Positions 63,811 through 64,000 of a stretch of 64,000 nucleotides of DNA are shown in pieces; positions within the stretch are counted from its first letter, which is position 1, and each line of letters opens with the position of its first letter. The notes under the pieces are model-generated. The model had not been told where the DNA came from. It saw only the letters and a program-made list of their open reading frames with translations, and did no database searches. The position numbers were made by a program, and so were the translations under genes. The stretch comes from Octopus sinensis (lineage: Eukaryota), in the NCBI RefSeq assembly GCF_006345805.1, contig NC_043016.1, positions 12,276,001 to 12,340,000 of the forward strand. The letters are read 5' to 3'.

Positions 63811-64000
63811 AAATATATAATGTTAACCCCTACAGCTGTTAACTTAAGAAGCCAGGCTAAAACATTCCAATCCCCCTCTTAGGACATTTTAATGAAGCTA
63901 GTGTTTTATATCAGTTTACTTAATTAGTTGTGTTGTATACACTCTACTGGGTGGTTGGTGTTAGGAAGGGCATCCAGTAAAAGCCATGCCAAAACAGACA

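Overview
AT-rich, repeat-dense eukaryotic DNA; the SINE, LINE and microsatellite content fits an octopus (coleoid cephalopod) genome, which is an inference. The one clear protein gene is the 5' part of a Jupiter/HN1 (JPT1-like) microtubule-associated protein on +: exon 1 CDS 42914-42966, exon 2 46664-46893, candidate exon 3 60788-60822. Most of the rest is mobile-element derived: tRNA-derived SINEs, CR1, R4/Dong and RTE LINE fragments, a mariner deletion derivative and several MITE families. The most notable observations are: (i) Penelope-like fragments from three different families, each carrying a minimal type-I hammerhead ribozyme motif with a GUA site, two associated with near-perfect palindromes; (ii) a 1.77-kb foldback transposon with long modular TIRs, GG..CC ends and an 8-bp TSD (Merlin-like) in the Jupiter intron; (iii) a 2-kb, 93-bp-unit minisatellite built from a SINE 3' end; (iv) two phase-compatible candidate minus-strand exons plus a CpG-depletion pattern, hinting at an unannotated divergent gene. 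All calls were made by eye; SINE and degenerate-fragment boundaries are approximate.
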